Shown piece by piece: positions 8,697 to 20,607 of a stretch of DNA of 32,409 nt (positions within the stretch are counted from its first letter, which is position 1; every line of letters begins with the position of its first letter). A program made the position numbers and the translations under genes. The stretch is from Chloroflexota bacterium (GTDB lineage Bacteria > Chloroflexota > Anaerolineae > Anaerolineales > UBA11579). The notes beneath the pieces are model-generated. The model did no database searches and was not told where the DNA came from. It worked only from the letters and a program-made list of their open reading frames with translations. The stretch is from contig QKGK01000033.1 of the NCBI GenBank assembly GCA_003250455.1, positions 1 to 32,409 of the forward strand. Reading direction: 5' to 3'.

Positions 8697-8740
8697 AAGC
8701 GAGCGCTAGAGATGAGATTCTCGTGTGCTTGCTTCGTTTT
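8697..8740 (+). terminator. Terminator-like or attenuator hairpin inside the rpoC leader
   Basis: AAGCGAGCGC (8697-8706) pairs with GUGUGCUUGCUU-type 3' arm (8725-8734, two G-U pairs). An inner GAGA/UCUC helix and a 6-nt loop are present, followed by CGUUUU (8735-8740). Confidence 0.4.
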
Positions 8741-8899
8741 GCGTGTTGTGGATGGTTGCCCCTGTTGAACAAATAGATCTGGAACTTGATTGTCAGGAAT
8801 TTTATGGGTAGATCGAAACAAATTAAATCGGGGAAATTTAGACGAACTGAAAATTCAACAGGCTTCAGGATTTTAAACCCTCAGGAGGCACGTTAAATT

Positions 8900-13192
<4,293 letters not shown>

Positions 13193-13212
13193 TCTGGTTT
13201 AACAGTAATCTT

Positions 13213-13248
13213 GAAGGGTCGGGTTTATAACCCGACCCTTCTTTTTTA
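13213..13248 (+). terminator. Rho-independent terminator after rpoC
   Basis: gaagggtcgggtt (13213-13225) and aacccgacccttc (13229-13241) form a 13-bp stem with a 3-nt loop, followed by tttttt. Confidence 0.8.
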
Positions 13249-13336
13249 AGCCAATATTCAAGCAAGAGATTAATTTTTAAGGCGAAGCGATTTCCCTTCC
13301 AGGGAAATCGATGCTATAAATTTGTTAGCAGTGACT

Positions 13337-13365
13337 TTGCCACACTTCATCCGTTTTGATATAAT
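13337..13365 (+). promoter_or_regulatory. Candidate distal gyrA promoter (TTGCCA-17-TGaTATAAT)
   Basis: TTGCCA is at 13337-13342 and TATAAT at 13360-13365 with a TGn extension. It shares the ttgatataat motif with the rpoC promoter. Confidence 0.45.
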
Positions 13366-13452
13366 ACGCCTTCCGTCCAACGGCCGCTTTTGGCCGACCC
13401 CTCTGGGAACCGGGTCGATCTGCCAGTCTGCCCCAGTCGCCCCGCGGGTGCT

Positions 13453-13481
13453 TTGACGGAACGGCTGTTTCATCGTAAAAT
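13453..13481 (+). promoter_or_regulatory. Candidate proximal gyrA promoter (TTGACG-17-TAAAAT)
   Basis: TTGACG is at 13453-13458 and TAAAAT at 13476-13481, about 45 nt upstream of the ATG. AGGAG SD is at about 13513. Confidence 0.45.
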
Positions 13482-13525
13482 AGATTTAGTACATACGTTC
13501 TAGTTTTATTGCAGGAGTAGAATTA

Positions 13526-16210
13526 ATGGAAATCGGTTTGGTTCGCAAGATCGATATTGATGAAGAGATGCAGCAGGCCTATCTCGATTACGCCATGAGC
13601 GTGATCGTTTCGCGCGCCCTGCCCGACGCACGGGACGGCCTCAAACCGGTACACCGCCGGATTTTATACGCCATGTATGACATGGGCTTGCGCCCGTCTT
13701 CTTCCTATAAAAAATCTGCCAGGGTGGTGGGCGAAGTATTGGGTAAATACCACCCCCACAGTGACAGTGCGGTTTATGACGCCATGGCCCGCATGGTGCA
13801 GGATTTCTCCATGCGCTACCCGCTGGTAGACGGCCAGGGCAACTTCGGCAGTGTGGACGGTGATCCGCCGGCAGCTATGCGCTACACAGAGGCCAAACTG
13901 GCCGCCACCTCCATGGACCTGATGCTCGACATCCAGAAGAACACCGTGGACTTTGTGGACAACTTCGACGCCTCGCTGCAGGAACCCAGCGTAATGCCCA
14001 CCACGATCCCCAATATGCTCGTCAATGGGGCCACCGGCATCGCCGTGGGCATGTCTACCAGCATCCCGCCGCACAACCTGAGCGAAGTAGCCGATGCGAT
14101 CATCTACATCCTGGAAAACTGGGCCAAACGCGACGATATTGACGTGGACCACCTGATGCAGTTTGTCAAAGGCCCCGACTTCCCCACCGGAGGGATCATC
14201 ATCGGCGGGATCCAGGAAGAAGGCGACCTCGCCAAAGCCTATGGCTCTGGCCGCGGCCGGGTGGTTGTGCAGGCCCGCGCCAACGTGGAAGAAATGTCGC
14301 GCGGACGCGAGCGCATCATCATTACCGAACTGCCCTACATGACCAACAAAACCTCCCTCATCGAACGGATTGCCAAACTGGCGCGTGATGGGGAGTTGGA
14401 GGGCATCTCCGACCTGCGCGACGAAAGCGACCGCCAGGGGATGCGCATCGTGATCGAACTGACCAAGAACGCCAACACCGAAAAGACCCTGGAACTGCTC
14501 TACAAGCGCACCCAGATGCAAAATACCTTCAGCATCATCATGCTGGCCCTGGTGGACGGCGAGCCGCGCATGCTCAGCCTGAAGAACGCCCTGTTGGTCT
14601 ATATTAACCACCGGCTGGAAGTTGTGCGGCGGCGCAGCGAGTTTGATCTGGCACGCGCCAAAAAGCGCCTGCACATCCTGGAAGGGCTGCGCATTGCCCT
14701 GGACAACCTGGATGAGGTCATTGACCTGATCCGCAAGTCCCGCACCGCCGAGTCCGCCCACGCCAACCTGCGGCGCAATTTCAGGCTCAGCGACGAGCAG
14801 GCCACCGCCATCCTGGATATGCCCCTGCGCCGCCTGGCGGCCCTGGAGCGCAAAAAGATCGAAGAAGAGTATAAAGAGGTCGCCCGGCTGATCCGGGACC
14901 TGGAAAGCCTGCTGAAATCCCCCCAGAAAATGCGCCAGGTGATCATCGACGAGCTCAACGAAGTCAAAGAAAAATACGGTGACCGCCGCCGCACTCAGAT
15001 CATCAAATTGGAAGAAGGTGCCAAACTCACAGATATGCTGACCGCCAGTGACCTGGTTCCCGAACACGAGACCTGGGTCAACCTGGACGACAAAGGGCGC
15101 ATCTCGCGCACCCCGGAAGGCAAGGACGCCCGCCTGTGGGGCAGCACGGCCGCCCGTCTGGTGCTGCGCGGCAATACGCGCGACACGCTCTATCTGGTCT
15201 CTGGCAGCGGAGAAACGGCAGCTGTCGGTATGCATGGCATTCCCGAAGCAGAACTGGCCGACCAGGGAATAAAATTCTCCTCAGTCTCCCCCCTGAAGGA
15301 AAACAGCCCTGTAACCGCCATGTTCAGCCTGCCCCCGGAAGCGACAAACCGGGAGGACTGGTATGTGATGACCGTCTCTAGGCAGGGGATGGTGAAAAAG
15401 AGCGCCCTTTCCGAACTACCCGGCCCCTCCGCCCAGACATTTGAGCTGGCCCGCAGCAAGGACGATGACGAGATCCAATGGGCGCTGGTGACCAGCGGCA
15501 GCGACGAGATCATGCTGGTGACTGCCAGCGGGATGGCGATCCGCTTCTCGGAAGAAGAAGTGCGCCCCATGGGACTGCTGGCAGCCGGGGTGAATGGGAT
15601 CAAGCTCAAAGGGGATGATGAAATCGTGGGGGCATTCGTGGTCAACCCGAAATATGATGTCTTCCTGCTGCATGTGGATGGCGCGGCCAAACGCGTTAAG
15701 GCGGACCAGTTCCCCACCCAGGGACGCTACGGCCAGGGCGTGATCGCCTGGAAATTGGGCAAGAGCGAAAAGCTGAAAGGTGCCGCCAACCACAAGCCCA
15801 ACTTTGAGGTCGGTGTACACCTGGCGAAACTTGCCGCCAAACGCATCCGCCTGGACGATGCCAAGATTCGCACCCGCCCGGCCAACGGCAACTCGGTGAT
15901 CGACAATATCAAGGACGGCGTGGTCTTCCTGACCGTGCCGTGGGAAGCGCCGGACGACCTGCTGGGCGAAGAAGCCGCTCAAAAGCGCAGTCAGCCCAAG
16001 CCAGAGCCGAAACCGGAACCCAAGCCCAAAAGTACCCGCAAACCCGCCGAACAGATGACCCTGCTGGGTGATGAAACCGAAAAGAAACCAGCCGCCAAGC
16101 GCAAAAGCACTACCCGCAAAACTTCCACGCGTAAAACGAGCACGAGGAAGACAAGCACCAGAAAAACAAGTACGCGCAAGACGAGTACACGGCGGAAAAG
16201 TAGTAAATAG
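13526..16210 (+). CDS. gyrA: DNA gyrase subunit A with a basic repeat-containing C-terminal tail
   Basis: The 894-aa translation has the N-terminus [27 protein letters not shown], the active-site region AAMRYTEA and the GyrA box QGRYGQGV-type CTD. Confidence 0.98.
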   Translation: MEIGLVRKIDIDEEMQQAYLDYAMSVIVSRALPDARDGLKPVHRRILYAMYDMGLRPSSSYKKSARVVGEVLGKYHPHSDSAVYDAMARMVQDFSMRYPLVDGQGNFGSVDGDPPAAMRYTEAKLAATSMDLMLDIQKNTVDFVDNFDASLQEPSVMPTTIPNMLVNGATGIAVGMSTSIPPHNLSEVADAIIYILENWAKRDDIDVDHLMQFVKGPDFPTGGIIIGGIQEEGDLAKAYGSGRGRVVVQARANVEEMSRGRERIIITELPYMTNKTSLIERIAKLARDGELEGISDLRDESDRQGMRIVIELTKNANTEKTLELLYKRTQMQNTFSIIMLALVDGEPRMLSLKNALLVYINHRLEVVRRRSEFDLARAKKRLHILEGLRIALDNLDEVIDLIRKSRTAESAHANLRRNFRLSDEQATAILDMPLRRLAALERKKIEEEYKEVARLIRDLESLLKSPQKMRQVIIDELNEVKEKYGDRRRTQIIKLEEGAKLTDMLTASDLVPEHETWVNLDDKGRISRTPEGKDARLWGSTAARLVLRGNTRDTLYLVSGSGETAAVGMHGIPEAELADQGIKFSSVSPLKENSPVTAMFSLPPEATNREDWYVMTVSRQGMVKKSALSELPGPSAQTFELARSKDDDEIQWALVTSGSDEIMLVTASGMAIRFSEEEVRPMGLLAAGVNGIKLKGDDEIVGAFVVNPKYDVFLLHVDGAAKRVKADQFPTQGRYGQGVIAWKLGKSEKLKGAANHKPNFEVGVHLAKLAAKRIRLDDAKIRTRPANGNSVIDNIKDGVVFLTVPWEAPDDLLGEEAAQKRSQPKPEPKPEPKPKSTRKPAEQMTLLGDETEKKPAAKRKSTTRKTSTRKTSTRKTSTRKTSTRKTSTRRKSSK
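16112..16201 (+). repeat. In-frame tandem repeat coding (T-R-K-T-S) x5 plus one degenerate unit, with codon-scrambled units
   Basis: Codons read acc cgc aaa act tcc / acg cgt aaa acg agc / acg agg aag aca agc / acc aga aaa aca agt / acg cgc aag acg agt / aca cgg cgg aaa agt. Confidence 0.9.
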
Positions 16211-16246
16211 TATACAGTAGGTAGTAGGTAGTTAACAGTAATAAAC

Positions 16247-16281
16247 ATGGCGCAAGAAACCCTTGCGCCATTTTCTTTTTC
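16247..16281. terminator. Terminator hairpin between convergent gyrA and the HD-hydrolase gene
   Basis: atggcgcaag (16247-16256) and cttgcgccat (16262-16271) form a 10-bp stem with a 5-nt loop, followed by tttctttttc on the plus strand. Confidence 0.75.
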
Positions 16282-16343
16282 TAAGTTATTCCTGCTTACT
16301 GTATTCTGTTCACAGTGTACTGTGTGCTGTAAACTGTCAACTA

Positions 16344-16913
16344 TTAACTTTCCACTCCCTCCAACCCCAACTCCTCCGCAATCCCCTTCATCGCCTCCAG
16401 CACATTGCCCACATGCTCCCACGTCTCGATGCCCAGGGCCTCGATATTGGCGTCCATCTCCTCGCGGCTGGCCCCGGCGGCAAAACGCAGGTCTTTCCAC
16501 TTTTTACGCACGGAGCTGACCTTGACATCTGCGATCGCTTTGGAGGGACGCACCAACGCCGTGGCGGTGATCAGGCCAGTCAGCTCATCGCTGGCGGCCA
16601 ATGTCTTGCGCAGCAGGGTATCCCTTGGCACGCCGGAATGGTCGGCATGGCTTTGAATGTCGTTGATCATCGCCTCGTCCACGCCATACTCCCGGAGGAT
16701 CGGTACGCCTTCGCTGGGATGGGTTTCCAGGTCGGGGTGGATCTCCCAGTCAAAGTCGTGCAGCAGCCCGGTGATCCCCCATCGTTCTTCATCCTCGCCA
16801 AACATGCGCGCATAATAGCGCATGGCAGCTTCCACCGCCAGCATATGCCGCACAAGGCTCTCGGTTTCCACATATTTGCGCACCAGCGCCAATGCCTGCT
16901 CTCGGTCTATCAT
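16344..16913 (-). CDS. HD-domain (HDIG-type) metal-dependent phosphohydrolase
   Basis: The 189-aa translation contains the motifs RHMLAVE...GLLHDFDWE...H. Its start overlaps the upstream stop in an ATGA arrangement. Confidence 0.88.
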   Translation of the reverse strand: MIDREQALALVRKYVETESLVRHMLAVEAAMRYYARMFGEDEERWGITGLLHDFDWEIHPDLETHPSEGVPILREYGVDEAMINDIQSHADHSGVPRDTLLRKTLAASDELTGLITATALVRPSKAIADVKVSSVRKKWKDLRFAAGASREEMDANIEALGIETWEHVGNVLEAMKGIAEELGLEGVES

Positions 16914-17551
16914 GGGTCCATTCCTTCCAGATAAAGATTTGTATAATCAGATGTTTCCGGCGGAGAGAGGTAAACCTCTTTGAACGCCAATATGGTTGCC
17001 AATGTCTCCCGGATGTTCCATGCTATCAGGCTGCCATGCCAATAACGCCCGTGTTGGGCAGCCACTCCGGTCACATCCAGGCCCAACGCCTGGCATAAAA
17101 AGATCGTGCGGGGCAAGTGGTAAGGCTGTGTGACCACAATCGCCTCAGTGGCTTCCAGCTGGTGAACAGCATTATAGCAGGTAGCATACGTGCGCACCCC
17201 GCCATCATCCAGCAGGATATCCTCCGGCGGCACCCCTTTCTCTACGGCATATTCTCGCATGATAGCCGGTTCCGGGCTGCGGCCGCTCATCACCAGCTTT
17301 CCCACCTTCCCGGCGAAATACAGCTCAATTCCGCGGTCCAGCCGGTCCCGCAGCACCGCCGACGGCCGCCCATGGATGGTTTCCGCCGCCAGCACGATCC
17401 CCAACCGGGCTGCCGGCACATCCTTTACCGTGAAAATTACAGGCTGCGCCTGAAAGGTAGTATAGATACGAGGAACAGCAGTCAATAAGAGGATCAGCAT
17501 TCCCCAGAAGAGCAACTTTCGAAGCCAGGTAAGCCGTTTTGGTGGTTGCAT
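16910..17551 (-). CDS. SanA/YdcF-like DUF218 membrane-anchored protein
   Basis: The 213-aa translation has an N-terminal TM helix and a DUF218-like core (GIVLAAE...RLDRGIELY..GKV..LVMSG...E...M..Y..GVP...I..D....T...C). There is no obvious SD, so the start is uncertain. Confidence 0.8.
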   Translation of the reverse strand: MQPPKRLTWLRKLLFWGMLILLLTAVPRIYTTFQAQPVIFTVKDVPAARLGIVLAAETIHGRPSAVLRDRLDRGIELYFAGKVGKLVMSGRSPEPAIMREYAVEKGVPPEDILLDDGGVRTYATCYNAVHQLEATEAIVVTQPYHLPRTIFLCQALGLDVTGVAAQHGRYWHGSLIAWNIRETLATILAFKEVYLSPPETSDYTNLYLEGMDP

Positions 17552-17552
17552 A

Positions 17553-17594
17553 CCGGCGATTTTATCACAAGGGAAATGGATTTGAAATCGCCGG
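17553..17594. other. 10-bp perfect inverted repeat with a 22-nt loop directly upstream of the SanA-like start
   Basis: ccggcgattt (17553-17562) is the reverse complement of aaatcgccgg (17585-17594). No U-tract is present on either strand. Confidence 0.35.
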
Positions 17595-17794
17595 ATAAAA
17601 TGAGAATGGACATAAAAGGTGGCAATTTTCAGTCATGTAACCATACCGGATAAGTCATTACCCCTTGGTTCCAGTGGGAATCCGGCAAAATAGGCATTCA
17701 TGGGTTCCCGCCTGCGCGGGAACGACCTAAAAGGGGGAATATCCCCACAGGAATATTCGCTACAAGGTTTATTTTTTCCCTGATTCGCGCCTAC

Positions 17795-17828
17795 CTGAAA
17801 ATAAAGGCCTGGAAAATTCCAGGCCTTT
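17795..17828 (-). terminator. Rho-independent terminator after phnE
   Basis: aaaggcctgga (17803-17813) and tccaggccttt (17818-17828) form an 11-bp stem with a 4-nt loop. The minus-strand RNA continues AUUUUCA. It lies 20 nt after the stop at 17849. Confidence 0.7.
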
Positions 17829-17848
17829 GAAGACAAAACTTCTTTCTT

Positions 17849-19699
17849 TTAGACAAACCGCTCGCGCAAGCTGGAGCTGATATAGTCCATGGAGGCAACC
17901 ACGATGGCGATCGCCAGCATATTCACGCTCGCTGCCCGGTAATTCAGCAGGTTGATGTTCTGCTGGAGGATAAAGCCGATTCCACCGCCGCCGACAAAAC
18001 CGATAATCGTGGACATACGCACGTTGATGTCCCAGCGGTACATGGTAAAAGAGATGTAGGGCGGGATGATCTGCGGGACAACCGCAAACACGATCGTCTG
18101 CAATCGGTTGGCACCGGTCGCCTGGATGGCCTCCAGCGGCCCTTCCAGGATGCTCTCCACCTGCTCGGAATACAGCTTGGAGAGTGCGGCAACTGTGTGC
18201 AGCCCCAGGGCCAGTGAACCTGCAAAGGGTCCCAGGCCAACCCAGGCCACGAACACGATCGCCATCACCAGCGCCTCAACCGAACGGGTGCCGTTCAGGA
18301 TCGTGCGGATGATACCGTAGAAGATAATCCCCACAGGCAAAGGCTTTTTCGGAGAGTTCACTAACGCCAGGATCAATCCAAGAACTGCGCCAATCCCTCC
18401 CGGCCACCAGAGCGTGATCGCCGGATTGTTGAACTGGTAGAACCAGTTCACGCCGTTCATGATCAGGATCGCAATCGCAGCGCCAGCCAGGGGGGTGATC
18501 ACCAGGTTTACGATCTTCCCGGTTGTCGCAGGAAGACTTTCACTGATGAACTGCCCCCATTTACCAAACAGACCGCCAACGATGCCGCCGCCTGCGATGG
18601 CAGCGATTCCGGCAACCAGCATGTTGACGATATCGCCGATCTGATAAATGAACCTGCGCATAAAGTACAGGGGCACTTCTTCATTCGGGGTCAGATAATC
18701 GCCAATCCAGAGGAAAAGATTGGCAACAAACAGGATCGAACCGATCACCATAATCGCCATTAACAGGGATTTTAGCACTCCTATGATTTGTTCTACGAAC
18801 TTATTCTTCTCTTTTCCATCCTCATCCTCGCCCTGATGCCCGAAGATCCACTTGAACAAATAGAATGTCAACAGCGGGAAAATGATCGTTCCCGCAAGAA
18901 TCCAGAGGAGATTATCCAGCATAGGAGCAAGCGCACTGACCAGCAATTTGTTCCCTTTGGAACCCAACCAGATGCCCAAAGGCCAACCCACCAACGCCAG
19001 TGCGATATTGCTCAACGGGATCTTGATATCAGACATCAGGTTGCGGGCGGCAAAAAAGCTGATCGGGATGGCGATCAGGGTACCGAAAGTGGTCGCCAGC
19101 AGCGCCATAAACACCGTTTCAACGATCTTTTCCCAGGTGATCTTGGCATCCCTCGAGATCATTGGCGCGCCAACCGGCGTCCGGCCAGTCGCCCGCAGCG
19201 CCTGGGGATCTTCTTTCACCGTCCGGTTCGGGATTTTTACCTCGATGGCAAAATTTCCCTGGGCATCCGCCTGAAAACTATCCAATGGGATCGCCACCCC
19301 GTCCGGGGCTTCAGCGCTGAAGCCGATGAAATTGATCGGGCCGGAGGAATTTGCCTGGAAGTTATAGCCCTCAACCGTGATCGTCTCACCGGGTTCGGCA
19401 CACCAGGAGCTAAGCAGGATAAACGCACCAGAGCGATCAATTTCCGGCGATTCCACACCGCCTTCCGGGCAGCCTAAATAGAACGGCTCTTCTACATCGA
19501 CGGTTTCATAGTTGTAGTCAAATATATGCGGATGCGCCAGCGCCCGTAAAATACGGGTCAGCGATTCTATCCGGCGTTCAGAGCGGGTCTCTGAAAAGTT
19601 GATCTTGGTGATGGTGAAACCATAAGCATACACAACGATGAGTGCGATGGTCGCCAGGCCAACGCCAATTGACCTAAGCAAAGGGGATTTATTCTTCAT
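17849..19699 (-). CDS. phnE: Phosphonate ABC transporter permease PhnE, unusually long (616 aa)
   Basis: The C-terminal third is canonical PhnE (GLGPFAGSLALGLHTVAALSKLYSEQVE...EAIQATGANRLQTI...YRWDINVRMSTIIGFVGGGGIGF). GAGGAGG SD is present. The start is 10 nt after the phnC stop. Confidence 0.9.
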   Translation of the reverse strand: MKNKSPLLRSIGVGLATIALIVVYAYGFTITKINFSETRSERRIESLTRILRALAHPHIFDYNYETVDVEEPFYLGCPEGGVESPEIDRSGAFILLSSWCAEPGETITVEGYNFQANSSGPINFIGFSAEAPDGVAIPLDSFQADAQGNFAIEVKIPNRTVKEDPQALRATGRTPVGAPMISRDAKITWEKIVETVFMALLATTFGTLIAIPISFFAARNLMSDIKIPLSNIALALVGWPLGIWLGSKGNKLLVSALAPMLDNLLWILAGTIIFPLLTFYLFKWIFGHQGEDEDGKEKNKFVEQIIGVLKSLLMAIMVIGSILFVANLFLWIGDYLTPNEEVPLYFMRRFIYQIGDIVNMLVAGIAAIAGGGIVGGLFGKWGQFISESLPATTGKIVNLVITPLAGAAIAILIMNGVNWFYQFNNPAITLWWPGGIGAVLGLILALVNSPKKPLPVGIIFYGIIRTILNGTRSVEALVMAIVFVAWVGLGPFAGSLALGLHTVAALSKLYSEQVESILEGPLEAIQATGANRLQTIVFAVVPQIIPPYISFTMYRWDINVRMSTIIGFVGGGGIGFILQQNINLLNYRAASVNMLAIAIVVASMDYISSSLRERFV

Positions 19700-19709
19700 G
19701 GTTTCCTCC

Positions 19710-20462
19710 TCATCCTACTCGCTCGGCATCTTTGCCGTAAATGTCCCTGAACTTTTCGTCATCGATATCTTCAGGCGAGCCGTCAAACATCAGATTCCCT
19801 TCATTCAAAGCAATTGCCCGGTCCGCATAGCGGTGCACCAGGTCCAGGAAGTGCAAGCTGCACAAAACGGTCACACCATCTTCTTTATTGATCTTTTCCA
19901 GATACTGCATGATGGAGTGGGCCAATACAGGGTCCAGGCTGGCAACCGGTTCGTCCGCCAGGATGATGGCCGGTTCCTGTATCATGGCGCGGGCAATCCC
20001 TACCCGCTGCTGCTGGCCGCCGCTTAGTTCATCGGCCCGTTTGTAAGCTTGGTTTTTGATCCCGACCCGATCCAGTTGGGCAAGCGCCATCTCTATATCA
20101 CTTTTCGGAAAGCGGTTCAGTGCGCTCATCATCGGGTTGACATATCCCAGCCGCCCGGAAAGCACATTGGTGATCACCTTGGATCTTGAGACCAGATTGA
20201 AATGCTGGAAGACCATCCCGATCTTGCGTCGGATGAGCCGCATTTCATCCTGGGTAGCGGCAGTGACATCCTGCCCATTCCAGATGATCTGTCCTGCGGT
20301 GGGCTCGATCAGCCGGTTGATACATCGGAGCAACGTGGATTTGCCGGAACCGCTGAGACCAATGACGGCCAAGAACTCACCCTGCTTGACGGTAAAACTG
20401 ACATTGTTCAATGCCTGAACGCCGCCATCGTACACTTTTGAAAGGTTTTTGACTTCTAGCAT
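19710..20462 (-). CDS. phnC: Phosphonate ABC transporter ATP-binding protein PhnC
   Basis: The 250-aa translation has Walker [10 protein letters not shown], the signature LSGGQQQR and Walker B IILADEP. Confidence 0.95.
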   Translation of the reverse strand: MLEVKNLSKVYDGGVQALNNVSFTVKQGEFLAVIGLSGSGKSTLLRCINRLIEPTAGQIIWNGQDVTAATQDEMRLIRRKIGMVFQHFNLVSRSKVITNVLSGRLGYVNPMMSALNRFPKSDIEMALAQLDRVGIKNQAYKRADELSGGQQQRVGIARAMIQEPAIILADEPVASLDPVLAHSIMQYLEKINKEDGVTVLCSLHFLDLVHRYADRAIALNEGNLMFDGSPEDIDDEKFRDIYGKDAERVG

Positions 20463-20558
20463 GAATAGACTACCGCCTTTCTATAAAACTGGATTCCACT
20501 TTGACTTTACAACAAAATACTATTTCGAGAAAAATAATCAATGATACCTGAATTAAAT

Positions 20559-20586
20559 ATTGCCCCAGGAATATTCCTGGGGCAAT
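20559..20586 (-). other. Perfect 28-nt palindrome (12-bp stem, 4-nt loop) between phnD and phnC
   Basis: The sequence is attgccccagga-atat-tcctggggcaat, 21 nt downstream of the phnD stop. The minus-strand RNA continues AUUUAAUU. It is a candidate partial terminator or stabiliser. Confidence 0.55.
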
Positions 20587-20607
20587 AAATGTTACTGGTT
20601 CAAAACT

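Noticed and set aside
8588-8821. 77-aa minus-strand ORF in the folC-rpoC intergenic region
   Set aside because: It lies antisense to the predicted rpoC leader, has no SD or promoter, and sits in low-complexity AT-rich sequence.
13664-15235. 523-aa minus-strand ORF opposite gyrA, plus smaller ones up to 16500
   Set aside because: It is an antisense shadow of gyrA, with junk-like composition and no start context.
16112-16201. Regularly spaced 15-nt repeats that could superficially suggest a CRISPR-like or minisatellite array
   Set aside because: They are in frame inside gyrA and encode TRKTS units. There are no spacers and no conserved DNA repeat. The phnD repeats at 21581-21660 are likewise coding. 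No CRISPR array is present in the window.
16211-16343. Cluster of ACAGT/ACTGT motifs and a GTAGGTA tandem around the gyrA terminator. This includes TACTGT-N9-ACAG, which resembles an E. coli-type LexA box, and the near-palindrome CACAGTGTACTGTG.
   Set aside because: The CTGT...ACAG spacing is 9 rather than 8. The site lies 3' of both convergent genes, where an SOS operator makes no sense. The motifs are short and the region is AT-rich. It probably forms accessory terminator structure.
17748-17758. The 11-mer caggaatattc is shared between the region downstream of phnE and the phnD-phnC palindrome (20566-20576)
   Set aside because: By rough expectation, many 11-mer coincidences occur by chance in a 32-kb window counted on both strands. 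This is not enough to call a repeat family.
17633-17836. 67-aa minus-strand ORF in the phnE/SanA spacer
   Set aside because: It has no SD, overlaps the phnE terminator hairpin and has an implausible sequence. The region is better explained as non-coding structure.
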